Virus record (IMG/VR): IMGVR_UViG_3300027996_002186
Location: 419,263 to 483,262 of that record
Direction: 5' to 3' (one strand)
Length of the DNA stretch: 64,000 nt
The stretch's first letter is position 1. Every line of letters begins with the position of its first letter. Positions 41,339-50,643 of this stretch are shown piece after piece. A program made the translations under genes and the position numbers. The notes below the pieces were generated by a model, which saw only the letters and a list, made by a program, of their open reading frames with translations, was not told where the DNA came from and searched no databases.

Positions 41339-42802
41339 TTATTGACTTACCATCTTTATCACTTCTCCATTTGAATAATGATAAAGTAATAATCCCTCAG
41401 AATATTCATTAACTTCTTGTCCCATAAAATTTAATACTTTAATCAATTTCCTTTCTTTAATTTCATTATTTATTGTTATTATATCAAATGTTTTTGATAA
41501 ACCATTAAAATCAAACTGTGTTAATTTATAATAATTAACTCCTCTCTTTATACTCACATCAATATATTTATAACTTTTCGTCATTATTGAATTACCAGCA
41601 CCACTAAGAGTGTGTATAGTTTCCCAGTTATATCCATCAATTGATCTTTCTATATTATAATAATCATTATTTATTTCTGTGGCAGTTACCCATTTTAATA
41701 ACCCCTGTCGGCCGCTAGTACCGATTATCAATTCACCATTAAAAAAAACTAAGTCAATTGGTAATGGGGCTAAGTTACAACCACCTGATATATTATTAAG
41801 TATGTATTGATAATCACACTGGTCTCCAGCAAATCCATCAACAACTAAGAAGATACATTCACCAGCTGCTACATTGAAATTGCTAGAGGACCAACTAGAT
41901 CCTGGATTTGATGGACTCGGAGCAGATTCAATAAATGTTAGATTATTTGCAGTTCCGCTAAATATTGTCATCTGTAATCCATAGTTAGGAGACGGGTTAA
42001 CACAGTTTGTTATTCCACTAAAGTCTATGTTATAAACCCCTGCCAATGTTGTGCAGAAACTAAACCAAGAACTATTGTTAACCACATAAGGAACATCATC
42101 TCCCGGTGTGCATGTTGGACAAGTTGTTCCAATATTACCATCTAAATTTTCACCACCTGATATTAAATCTTCTGGTGTGTATCCGGTATTAGTACCGTTG
42201 TATGTTTGGCCACAAGAATCTATACCAGCTGATCCACTAGAAATATTATTAACCAAGGGACTAAAAACACCAATACAAAATTCTGTGTGTCTATCATTTG
42301 GTCCTCCACAATACAAATCAACGACTTGTACTAAGTATGTTGCTCCGATAGTAAGACTGGTGAGCATCGTGTTTTGTCCGGGATCCCCGTTATGTAAATA
42401 ATTATAAATTTCAGTACCACACACAGGTAAACACCCTAAGTTAGCATCATATATTCTAATATGTGGACTAACACAATTAGTGTAATTAATCTTATTAAAA
42501 GCGAATACTAGAGAATCGTTATTTGCTGTGAAACTATACCAAACAGAATGTTCAGTTGATCCTCCACCATAATTAGTATAACATTCACCAACTTGTAAAG
42601 TTGCGTCAAATGTTGTTCCTGTACAATTTAAACCAGCATCAATAACTAGTATTGATGCTGATGAACAATCATCATTCATAGGAGCAGCTTTAAGTTGTAT
42701 ATTAACAACTTTTTTATCAGGCATAAACCATTCTGTTGAATCATATTGAGAATATCCAATTGTTGATATCAACAGTATTAGTACTAATACTATTTTATTC
42801 AT
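41339..42802 (-). CDS. Secreted Cys-rich protein with T9SS type-A-like C-terminal region
   Basis: Signal peptide ending GYS|Q; NDDC..A and VWYSF.A domains; PLPIDL..F...W.TATEINND...IERS.DG; C-terminal LNFMGQEV...YSNG...K. Confidence 0.8.
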   Translation of the reverse strand: MNKIVLVLILLISTIGYSQYDSTEWFMPDKKVVNIQLKAAPMNDDCSSASILVIDAGLNCTGTTFDATLQVGECYTNYGGGSTEHSVWYSFTANNDSLVFAFNKINYTNCVSPHIRIYDANLGCLPVCGTEIYNYLHNGDPGQNTMLTSLTIGATYLVQVVDLYCGGPNDRHTEFCIGVFSPLVNNISSGSAGIDSCGQTYNGTNTGYTPEDLISGGENLDGNIGTTCPTCTPGDDVPYVVNNSSWFSFCTTLAGVYNIDFSGITNCVNPSPNYGLQMTIFSGTANNLTFIESAPSPSNPGSSWSSSNFNVAAGECIFLVVDGFAGDQCDYQYILNNISGGCNLAPLPIDLVFFNGELIIGTSGRQGLLKWVTATEINNDYYNIERSIDGYNWETIHTLSGAGNSIMTKSYKYIDVSIKRGVNYYKLTQFDFNGLSKTFDIITINNEIKERKLIKVLNFMGQEVNEYSEGLLLYHYSNGEVIKMVSQ

Positions 42803-42884
42803 TTTTTATTATGTTTAATTTGTAGTTATGTACCTTATATATTAAAAATATACAATTGTTATATGAGGTTTTAATATATAAGTT

Positions 42885-43436
42885 ATGAAATTTTTAAAAA
42901 AATATAAATTTTTTGAATTAAAAACAAGTACATATTTATCAGCTGCTGATAAGCTAGAAGGATTACATCCAACAAGAGCTAAGAATATTAGGAAATATGT
43001 AGATGATCAACAAAGAGTTGATGTTGATTATCTTGACCCAAGACCATTTCATATAAATAATGATATCTATTATATCACCGGTATTACCAAAGATGAATAT
43101 GGGGTTGGATCATTACCAGAAGGTGAGTTAGTATTTAGAATCGATGTTGAGTTTAAATCATCAACCACAAGTGACGAAAGAATTGAGATGATTATATTTA
43201 ACAATGAGAAATTTATCAAGGATGATATAGAATTAGATGGATCACCAATCAATAGGGTAAACCTTAAATTTAAAAGACTAATAGGTACTGAACATGAACA
43301 AGAACAAGAAAGAACATTATCCAGAAGATTCTTTTTTGAAACTAGAAAAGAAGCAAGAGCCTTTCTTTCTATTATAGAAAGTGAATTGGGTATTAAAATG
43401 CTTATTAAAATAAATCAAATATATAAAACTAACTAA
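42885..43436 (+). CDS. Hypothetical protein with N-terminal capsid-targeting-like motif
   Basis: MKFLKKYKFFE; TAATATATA at 42872-42880. Confidence 0.7.
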   Translation: MKFLKKYKFFELKTSTYLSAADKLEGLHPTRAKNIRKYVDDQQRVDVDYLDPRPFHINNDIYYITGITKDEYGVGSLPEGELVFRIDVEFKSSTTSDERIEMIIFNNEKFIKDDIELDGSPINRVNLKFKRLIGTEHEQEQERTLSRRFFFETRKEARAFLSIIESELGIKMLIKINQIYKTN

Positions 43437-43443
43437 GTTTACG

Positions 43444-43668
43444 TTATTGATTCTTCAATTTAACAATTTCTCTTTTAATAGAAAAAATTTCAGAATATTT
43501 TTCTTTTTTGAAATCCACCATTAATGAATCGGTGTCAAGTTTACCTTTGTGATAATCTCTATTACGATCATACAAAGCAAAATGATATTCAGGAATACTT
43601 TTTCTAATCTTATTAATCTTCTTTGTTAGAAGACATATCTTGTATGCTTTTACAATCTCATTTTTCAT
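43444..43668 (-). CDS. Basic hypothetical protein
   Basis: ORF track. Confidence 0.5.
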   Translation of the reverse strand: MKNEIVKAYKICLLTKKINKIRKSIPEYHFALYDRNRDYHKGKLDTDSLMVDFKKEKYSEIFSIKREIVKLKNQ

Positions 43669-43730
43669 ATTGAGTATATATAATATTTTAATCTAAGGTT
43701 TTAAGTATGTTTATCAAAATTCAAAACAAT

Positions 43731-43776
43731 TATACAAATATAAGTATAAATATACAAATATACAAATATACAAATA
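43731..43776 (+). repeat. TATACAAA octamer x4 (three in tandem) upstream of a tagged-ORF operon
   Basis: Copies at 43731, 43751, 43759, 43767. Confidence 0.7.
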
Positions 43777-44055
43777 ATGGAATCGGATTATATAATAGAT
43801 TTTAAAAGACTTAATGAATTAACTTCACATGAAAATGACAACCCATCATCAAATCAGGGAGGGTTTGGTGCGATGTACATCCACACAACTACTAGAAAAC
43901 TTATCAAAGAATATATGGAAATATACCAAGGTAGGTATAGCAGAAGTAGTGATGGGAAGAAAGTAGATGAGGTTATAGAAACTCTACACTTTAATCGAAT
44001 ACTTATATCAAAATCTGATATAAGAGATGGTAAAATAAAAGAAATATTAGAATGA
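43777..44055 (+). CDS. Hypothetical protein with C-terminal tag
   Basis: Ends IRDGKIKEILE. Confidence 0.7.
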   Translation: MESDYIIDFKRLNELTSHENDNPSSNQGGFGAMYIHTTTRKLIKEYMEIYQGRYSRSSDGKKVDEVIETLHFNRILISKSDIRDGKIKEILE

Positions 44056-44262
44056 ACAAAGACAAAGAAATTTAATTTATGGTAATGAGGAATTATAAAA
44101 AAATGTTATCAAACTTAGTAGCAAATATTGTTGCTTATGATAATTGGTCAGATGAATTTTCACGAAAGGAAATAAACAAACTTTATAAATTATTAATTGC
44201 AATCCGAACAGGAACTCCTGTTAAGAGAATCTAAATTAGAAGGTGTTTTAGATGAGAATTAA
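44052..44262 (+). pseudogene. Disrupted tagged ORF (in-frame TAA plus frameshift)
   Basis: MNKDKEI*FMVMRNY...KLL in one frame; LQSEQELLLRESKLEGVLDEN* in the +1 frame; overlaps both neighbours like an operon gene. Confidence 0.6.
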
Positions 44263-44473
44263 ACTAAAAGATATGCATGATAATATAACTTATAACGAAC
44301 AACACCAAGTAATTTATAAAGGTATTAATTTAGGAATAACAAGAGAAAATATAACAGACTATCAATTTCAAACCGGATTCGACCCAGTTGAAATGGTAGA
44401 AAATTTATACAAACAATCTTTACCAGTGGTTAGAGATAAAAAACTAAATCAAATATTAGATGAAGAAAATTAA
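44252..44473 (+). CDS. Hypothetical protein with C-terminal tag
   Basis: Ends VRDKKLNQILDEEN. Confidence 0.7.
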   Translation: MRIKLKDMHDNITYNEQHQVIYKGINLGITRENITDYQFQTGFDPVEMVENLYKQSLPVVRDKKLNQILDEEN

Positions 44474-44804
44474 AATGTACGATTTCTTATCGTCAAAAGA
44501 AGGTATTTATATCTCATACTTAATCAAAGAGGTTGATAAAAATGAATCAATTTGGAAATCAACCTATGAAAGCAGAGATAAAAAGCTAACCTTATTATTA
44601 AACGAAGACTTACTCATAGTTAGTGAGAACGTGGCGGAACATTACAAATCAATAAAAAATAAGATTAATGATTTAGATTTTGTTAGTTCGGATATTATAA
44701 AAAATATGGATGCGCTGGTTGAAGAACTTGATAAGACAGTACAATATACAGAATACGTAACAGACAAAATAAAGGAATGTGAATGTCAGGATATAAAGGA
44801 ATAA
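44460..44804 (+). CDS. Hypothetical protein with internal tag
   Basis: Internal SRDKKLTLLL. Confidence 0.65.
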   Translation: MKKIKMYDFLSSKEGIYISYLIKEVDKNESIWKSTYESRDKKLTLLLNEDLLIVSENVAEHYKSIKNKINDLDFVSSDIIKNMDALVEELDKTVQYTEYVTDKIKECECQDIKE

Positions 44805-45061
44805 TTAAATATGTAGAAGAACATTTCGATAATAGATTTACTTTTATTTCGACCACATTCTTACACTCACACTCACCAAGTTATAGGAATAATGAATTTT
44901 TCACAAAAATGGAAATGATTATACTCGATAACTTTGATGGGGAAACACATAATATAAAAATTATGTATAAAACAAACAAGATTTTAATAAATAAACTTAA
45001 TAAAATAATCCGTGATAAAAGGGGCGATGTTATAGATAATATTATTAAAGTGTATGAGTGA
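44783..45061 (+). CDS. Hypothetical protein with variant tag
   Basis: Ends KRGDVIDNIIKVYE. Confidence 0.6.
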   Translation: MSGYKGIIKYVEEHFDNRFTFISTTFLHSHSPSYRNNEFFTKMEMIILDNFDGETHNIKIMYKTNKILINKLNKIIRDKRGDVIDNIIKVYE

Positions 45062-45272
45062 TGGTATTAGATTACACAAAATAGGAGCCGAGAAGACTAG
45101 AGTATTTGAGGTTAACTTTGATGAAGTTTATGACCATTATAAACAAAAAGCAGAAGATGCTGGTTATTTTGGAGATCTTAAATTCATTAAAGAGAGGGGC
45201 AAAATAATAGTTTATTCTGTGATAGAGTTACCACCTGATGATGATGAATTAATCATCCGAGTTTCCTCTTAA
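45054..45272 (+). CDS. Hypothetical protein
   Basis: Coupled ORF. Confidence 0.55.
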   Translation: MSDGIRLHKIGAEKTRVFEVNFDEVYDHYKQKAEDAGYFGDLKFIKERGKIIVYSVIELPPDDDELIIRVSS

Positions 45273-45731
45273 ACGCTTAGTCATTTCCTCATAAGAGATT
45301 GGTATTCTCCAATAAAGTGATACATGAGAACATTCTTTATTTGAGTACCTTTCTAAATCATCTATTTTTATGAATTGACTATCATCATCTTTACGTTTAC
45401 CACCACCCACATGAACTTTAATAGCAAATATTGGTTGTATTATATATGAATATGTCTTTAAGAATTCATTTGATCTGTATATAACATCGAAAACATCACC
45501 AAATCTAAATGTTGGTACGGAAAAATCTTGTACGTGATCCTCATTAAAAATACCGTGTATTTCAACTCTTAAGCTATCACCAATAACTTCACCCCTTCTT
45601 TCAGAAGTTACAGTAGCCTCTAGATTTTGATCACGAGCATCGCATAATATATCATTAAGGTCATCAATTATAATTGACTCTTCCTCTTTGGTTATATCCT
45701 CAAATATTTTATATTTAATCAGGTACTTCAT
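45249..45731 (-). CDS. Paralogous-domain family protein
   Basis: MKYLIKYKIFED; DLNDILCDARDQNL...VIYRSNEFLK. Confidence 0.7.
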   Translation of the reverse strand: MKYLIKYKIFEDITKEEESIIIDDLNDILCDARDQNLEATVTSERRGEVIGDSLRVEIHGIFNEDHVQDFSVPTFRFGDVFDVIYRSNEFLKTYSYIIQPIFAIKVHVGGGKRKDDDSQFIKIDDLERYSNKECSHVSLYWRIPISYEEMTKRLRGNSDD

Positions 45732-46797
45732 TTATAAATTTCATACTTATTTCTTTTACGACTGGTCTAACATCAGTCTCTAAATCTGATTCCGATATAG
45801 ATATTTCAAAATCATCAAACTGCATTTCAGATTTAAATTTATATTCACCATCTTTCTTACCAACATATGAAAATTCTTCTTTCCACTCATTCATACCATT
45901 ATCAAGTACTTGAAATTCTATTGGGATTGATCCATTTGGATCAAAAGATGGGTTTCTTGCTTCTTCTCTCGATTTGTGTGAAGTGTTATTGTTTATTCCG
46001 TTAGGAAAATGTTTATCTAAAAAATCTAATAAACCCTTTATATTGAAATCATCTAAGCTTTTTAATTTCTCTGGATGAGGTGGGTAACTAAATGTCCCTC
46101 TTTTGTTATGTTGGCTAAACCTAATTGTAATGTTTTCAACATCATATTTAATTATATCCTTTATTTGGTTGATTCTATAATCGACATCATCTAATAGAAT
46201 AGTATTTTGTCCTCTTTTATAAAGAAGTACACCTATACCATATTTTGTAAATCCATTGGATGGCATACTTCTTTCCCTACTTGGGGTGACCATATAACCA
46301 TATCCCAAATCTTCCATATCATACAACATACTCTCAACATCACCACCGACATCATTATTATCTATATTTGTAATAGACTCATTTAGACTACAATCAGTTA
46401 CGTTTATATCAATATACCAAACTTCTGTCCCAATATAATCCAAAATATCTGAACTACTTAATTGGTACCATTCATTACCACTTAGATGTATCTCATATGT
46501 GCAAAAATTACAACCCTTTGACTTAACATATTGTGAAACTCTATATAAAGAATCAGATAGTTCTTTTGTTATTTCAAATTTCCCAGACATACTACCATCC
46601 TTGGTTGGTGTTATCTGAAAAAATATTCTATCAACCCCACGATTCGATCGTGTAATTTTCTTATTTATGAAAAGACCTAAATCCTCCACTTCTAATAAAA
46701 TATCTTTGATATCATCAAATAAATCCAAGAGGATTGCTTGAGGAAATTGAGGATATTTTGATTTCTCAAATAATTTATATGTTTCTAAATATTTCAT
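45715..46797 (-). CDS. Paralogous-domain family protein, two domain copies
   Basis: MKYLETYKLFE; DIKDILLEVEDLGL; SLNES linker; DVESMLYDMEDLGY. Confidence 0.7.
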   Translation of the reverse strand: MKYLETYKLFEKSKYPQFPQAILLDLFDDIKDILLEVEDLGLFINKKITRSNRGVDRIFFQITPTKDGSMSGKFEITKELSDSLYRVSQYVKSKGCNFCTYEIHLSGNEWYQLSSSDILDYIGTEVWYIDINVTDCSLNESITNIDNNDVGGDVESMLYDMEDLGYGYMVTPSRERSMPSNGFTKYGIGVLLYKRGQNTILLDDVDYRINQIKDIIKYDVENITIRFSQHNKRGTFSYPPHPEKLKSLDDFNIKGLLDFLDKHFPNGINNNTSHKSREEARNPSFDPNGSIPIEFQVLDNGMNEWKEEFSYVGKKDGEYKFKSEMQFDDFEISISESDLETDVRPVVKEISMKFINEVPD

Positions 46798-47774
46798 ATC
46801 TTAAATCTTAATCTAATATTGAAGCTGTGATAATGGCAATTCATTAACTCATCTATTGATTTCATATCTGCCCATTTATTTTGAAAGGATGCCGTTGCGA
46901 CCGAGATGAATAACTCATAACCAAGAGTTGTCATATAAGCATCTAGTCTTCTAACTACTTCACCGAACCATTCTGGTAAATCAAGTGATCCACTTCTATC
47001 AACCTCATCCCTCATATTAATTGTATCTATATTAATATAGAATGGTATGAAATAACCCTCTTTAATCTCATAATCAACATCATTATCAATAAACTCAATA
47101 CAAATATCATCAAGATCTCTTCTTAACTCAGATTTCTCGGTGTTCCGGAAGTTTTGATTTAAGTGGGTGTCCGAAAACAAATGTTGCTTCCGTTCGGTAA
47201 ATCTTACCAGACCAAACTGAGGTGATTCTACTTTACTCTCTGTGTAATATCCCGATGAAATTCTAATCGGAGGCCTTGTTTTTTTTGTTTTTATATCTAT
47301 TTGTGATATCTTAAAATAACCACTATCGAATTCAGAAATATTCTCTAGTTTTTCTAGATTTATATCTAAATCACACACACCCATTTCTGTATAATCAACG
47401 TTAAAAGCGGAGTTTTGATAAAATGCTCCAAACCTTAAATCACTATCTAAATATTCATCAAGTCTCATAATAATATCTATCAATTCTTCTGTTATTTTTA
47501 TATCACCAGAGTCACTCCCAGCACCAGAAGAAATATCATACTTATCATATATCTCAATCATCATATCATTATAAATACCTGATTTAGAATGCATTGAAGT
47601 TTGTTGATTGTAATCAACAAACAAATGACCTGTTAAAGATTCACCATCCATTGTTGATGATATTATACGATATTGTAGCCCTAAATCAATAAGATCCAAA
47701 CAGATATCATTGATATTATCCATTTCATCTGCACTTATCCCAACACTTTCATTAAAACTTTTTAAGTATTTCAT
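46794..47774 (-). CDS. Paralogous-domain family protein, two domain copies
   Basis: MKYLKSFNES; NINDICLDLIDLGL; YTES linker; DLDDICIEFIDND...RRLDAYMTTLG. Confidence 0.7.
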   Translation of the reverse strand: MKYLKSFNESVGISADEMDNINDICLDLIDLGLQYRIISSTMDGESLTGHLFVDYNQQTSMHSKSGIYNDMMIEIYDKYDISSGAGSDSGDIKITEELIDIIMRLDEYLDSDLRFGAFYQNSAFNVDYTEMGVCDLDINLEKLENISEFDSGYFKISQIDIKTKKTRPPIRISSGYYTESKVESPQFGLVRFTERKQHLFSDTHLNQNFRNTEKSELRRDLDDICIEFIDNDVDYEIKEGYFIPFYINIDTINMRDEVDRSGSLDLPEWFGEVVRRLDAYMTTLGYELFISVATASFQNKWADMKSIDELMNCHYHSFNIRLRFKI

Positions 47775-47811
47775 ATATAAATCTATATATTAATATGGTA
47801 AACCCATTACA

Positions 47812-48456
47812 ATGGTAAAAAGATATCTTGATGAAATTAATCTAAATAAAACACAAGGCCACATAACTTGTTATGTTAATAACCCCAGATACAACCTATT
47901 AAAGATACATAGTGATGTAGTCCGTATAGACTTCACACACTTATATAATCGTGTTTTGATACAGATGGATGATGAAGGACTTATACCTGATGAGAAGGTA
48001 AATATAGAATCAATAAAATATTTATTAAGTATTAAGGAAGATGTAGAAGAATCTGATATGTCTAATTGGAGATACGTTTTCAACTCGATATGGAGTAGGG
48101 TTTTTCGAAGAAATCAAAATGGTGCTAATATTGTGTGTGATTACTTACACCATTTTTACAAAGAACTTTTATACAAAAATAATAATGAAATTATTTATAT
48201 AGACACTGATAGTATTATTTTAAATGGGTTAAGCCAAGATGTTAAAAAACTAATAGATGAGTTAGAACTACCATATAAAATTGTTGATGTAGATTATTTT
48301 TATTTAATTGCTAAAAAGCGTTACGCTTATACAGATGAGAATCATAATATTAAAATAAAAGGATTACTTAAAAAGGAATTAAACCGTTTTGAAAAACTAG
48401 AATCTATGATGAGAACACATATAAGAGAAGATAAACTTATAAGTATTGGGTTATAA
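47812..48456 (+). CDS. Minimal family-B DNA polymerase palm-like protein with C-terminal tag
   Basis: IDFTHLYN (motif A), RYVFNSIWS (motif B-like), YIDTDSI (motif C), KKRYAY...IKGL; ends IREDKLISIGL. Confidence 0.75.
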   Translation: MVKRYLDEINLNKTQGHITCYVNNPRYNLLKIHSDVVRIDFTHLYNRVLIQMDDEGLIPDEKVNIESIKYLLSIKEDVEESDMSNWRYVFNSIWSRVFRRNQNGANIVCDYLHHFYKELLYKNNNEIIYIDTDSIILNGLSQDVKKLIDELELPYKIVDVDYFYLIAKKRYAYTDENHNIKIKGLLKKELNRFEKLESMMRTHIREDKLISIGL

Positions 48457-48570
48457 TGTGGTGGGGAAAAAGAAGAGAGAAAGGAAGACGAAAATCATAG
48501 GATATACCAGAGGTTCTAGACAGACCCGAACATAGAGATAGAAGAGTTAGAAAATTAAAAAAATATTCAA

Positions 48571-50601
48571 ATGAAAATGTATAAATACCCAGAATTTAAA
48601 TACCCAAACTTAGAAACATATATATCAGAACTTGAGAGTATATTAAATAAGTCAGAATTAGTAATAAATGAATTGTTAAAAATTGATAATAAAACATATG
48701 ATACTTTCCTAAAGCCATATTTCATGGCTTATGAAGATATAAACAATCATTACTTTTATCTATCACACATAAATTCAGTTAAGAATACTGATGATACACA
48801 ACGTGTTGAAACTGAGAGCTTACCAATTATGAGTGATTGGTACACAAAGATAGGTCAACGAGATGACATTCATCAAGCATTATTGGAGGTTTCGAAAACA
48901 AATCTTAACCCAAGTCAGCGCATAGTAATCGAACAATCATTGCTTAGTAACAAACTAAAGGGTATTGGTCAAGAAGATTCAATTAAGAAAAGGCTTGGTG
49001 AAATTAGCAAAGAGTTATCTGAGTTATCTGATTCATTTTCTACAAACCTACTAAAAGCTACAAAGGATTTCAAACTAGAAGTAAAAAATCCAGAAGATGT
49101 TAGTGAGTTCCCTGATGATGAATTACAAAGACATGTAAAAGAGGATACTGATCATTGGGAATTTACCTTACAAGCACCATCATACTCAGCTTACTTAAAG
49201 TATGGATCTAACACAGATATAAGAGAGAAATTATCCAAAGCATTATCAACAAGAGCTACTGAAAATGAAGAACTTATTGAAAAAATATTAACTCTTAAAA
49301 ACGAAAAGGCTAAAATATTAGGATATAAAAATTACGCTGAGATATCGATATTAACAAAAATGGCTGATAGTCCAAATGAAATAGTTGGGTTTTTGGATAG
49401 GTTAGCAACAATCGCCTTACCTATTAAGTCAAAAGAAGATGATGAATTATTATCATTCACTGAAAGAAAGTATGGCGTAACACATTTAAACTCTTGGGAT
49501 AAAGGTTATTACACAAATAAATATAAGGAAAGTGTTTATGATTTTAAGTCAGAAGATTTGAAACCATATTTTGAACAATCAATGGTGTTAAATGGTTTAT
49601 TTGACTTTCTGTATGAAAAATTCAAGCTTAAATTTACTAAAGTAGATACTTATGTTTGGGATGAAAAGGTTACTGTGTATGATATAACACGTAATGGTGA
49701 AGAACATTCAAGAGTTTATATCGATCTAGAATCTAGAGATGATAAAAGATCCGGTGCTTGGATGAATAATTCAGAAGTTGGTTATGTAAAGGAAAATGGT
49801 GAAAAGGTTTTACCAATTGCTTATATAACTTGCAATTTCACACCATCAACTGATAAGTTACCATCATTACTTTCACACTATGAAGTAGAAACACTATTTC
49901 ATGAGATGGGACATGTATTACAACACGTCTGTTCAGAAGTGGAAGATTTCACATACGCTGGTATAGGTGGTATCGAGTGGGATGCTGTTGAGTGGAGTTC
50001 TCAATTTTTAGAACTATTTGTTTATGAAGGAGATGTATTAAGGAAATTTGGTAAACACCATGAAACTGGTGAAATAATACCGGATGAGTTCATTAAAAAG
50101 ATTAACGATTTAAGAACATACAGAGCAGCTAATGGAATCATAGGACAAGTGAAGAATGGTAAATTCGATATGACAATTTTCCAATCAGATGATACGTCAA
50201 AGGAATATGTACAATCAACACTTGATAAGATAATAGAAGATTTTGGATTGGAATCTTTTGATGGTAATAAATGGCAATGTGGGTTTAGTCATATTTTTGC
50301 TGGTGGATACTCAGCAGGGTATTACTCTTATAAATGGTCAGAAGTTCTTTCAGTTGATACTTTCTTAAAATTTAGAGAAAATGATGATAGTGATAAGTAT
50401 TATGAAGAATTTTTGAGTAAGGGCTCATCTCTGCCAAGTATGGATATGTTTGTTAATTATATGGGTAGAAAGCCTAGTGAAGAATCATTAGTAAACTACC
50501 TAATCGGATTACAACCTGTTTCGTCAGGTCGAGAGTTTGAATCCCTTCAAGCGAAGTTTGATTCAAAAAGAATTAATAATGAACTTAGAGGGTTGGGGTA
50601 A
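48571..50601 (+). CDS. prlC: M3A metallopeptidase, oligopeptidase A (OpdA/PrlC)-like
   Basis: KRSGAWM, TLFHEMGH, WDAVE.SSQFLE, FSHIFAGGYSAGYYSYKWSEV. Confidence 0.93.
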   Translation: MKMYKYPEFKYPNLETYISELESILNKSELVINELLKIDNKTYDTFLKPYFMAYEDINNHYFYLSHINSVKNTDDTQRVETESLPIMSDWYTKIGQRDDIHQALLEVSKTNLNPSQRIVIEQSLLSNKLKGIGQEDSIKKRLGEISKELSELSDSFSTNLLKATKDFKLEVKNPEDVSEFPDDELQRHVKEDTDHWEFTLQAPSYSAYLKYGSNTDIREKLSKALSTRATENEELIEKILTLKNEKAKILGYKNYAEISILTKMADSPNEIVGFLDRLATIALPIKSKEDDELLSFTERKYGVTHLNSWDKGYYTNKYKESVYDFKSEDLKPYFEQSMVLNGLFDFLYEKFKLKFTKVDTYVWDEKVTVYDITRNGEEHSRVYIDLESRDDKRSGAWMNNSEVGYVKENGEKVLPIAYITCNFTPSTDKLPSLLSHYEVETLFHEMGHVLQHVCSEVEDFTYAGIGGIEWDAVEWSSQFLELFVYEGDVLRKFGKHHETGEIIPDEFIKKINDLRTYRAANGIIGQVKNGKFDMTIFQSDDTSKEYVQSTLDKIIEDFGLESFDGNKWQCGFSHIFAGGYSAGYYSYKWSEVLSVDTFLKFRENDDSDKYYEEFLSKGSSLPSMDMFVNYMGRKPSEESLVNYLIGLQPVSSGREFESLQAKFDSKRINNELRGLG

Positions 50602-50643
50602 TAATCTTTTAAGCGTTTTGTAAAAAATAAATAAATAATAGAT

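Noticed and set aside
48456-48584. Short basic ORF interrupted by TAG (MWWGKRR...*...RRVRKLKKYS)
   Set aside because: Too short and ambiguous; a single instance does not support readthrough
50500-50560. tRNA-like fragment (GGTCGAGAGTTTGAATCCC) in the M3 peptidase 3' end
   Set aside because: T-arm pairing is imperfect and no acceptor or anticodon stem can be built
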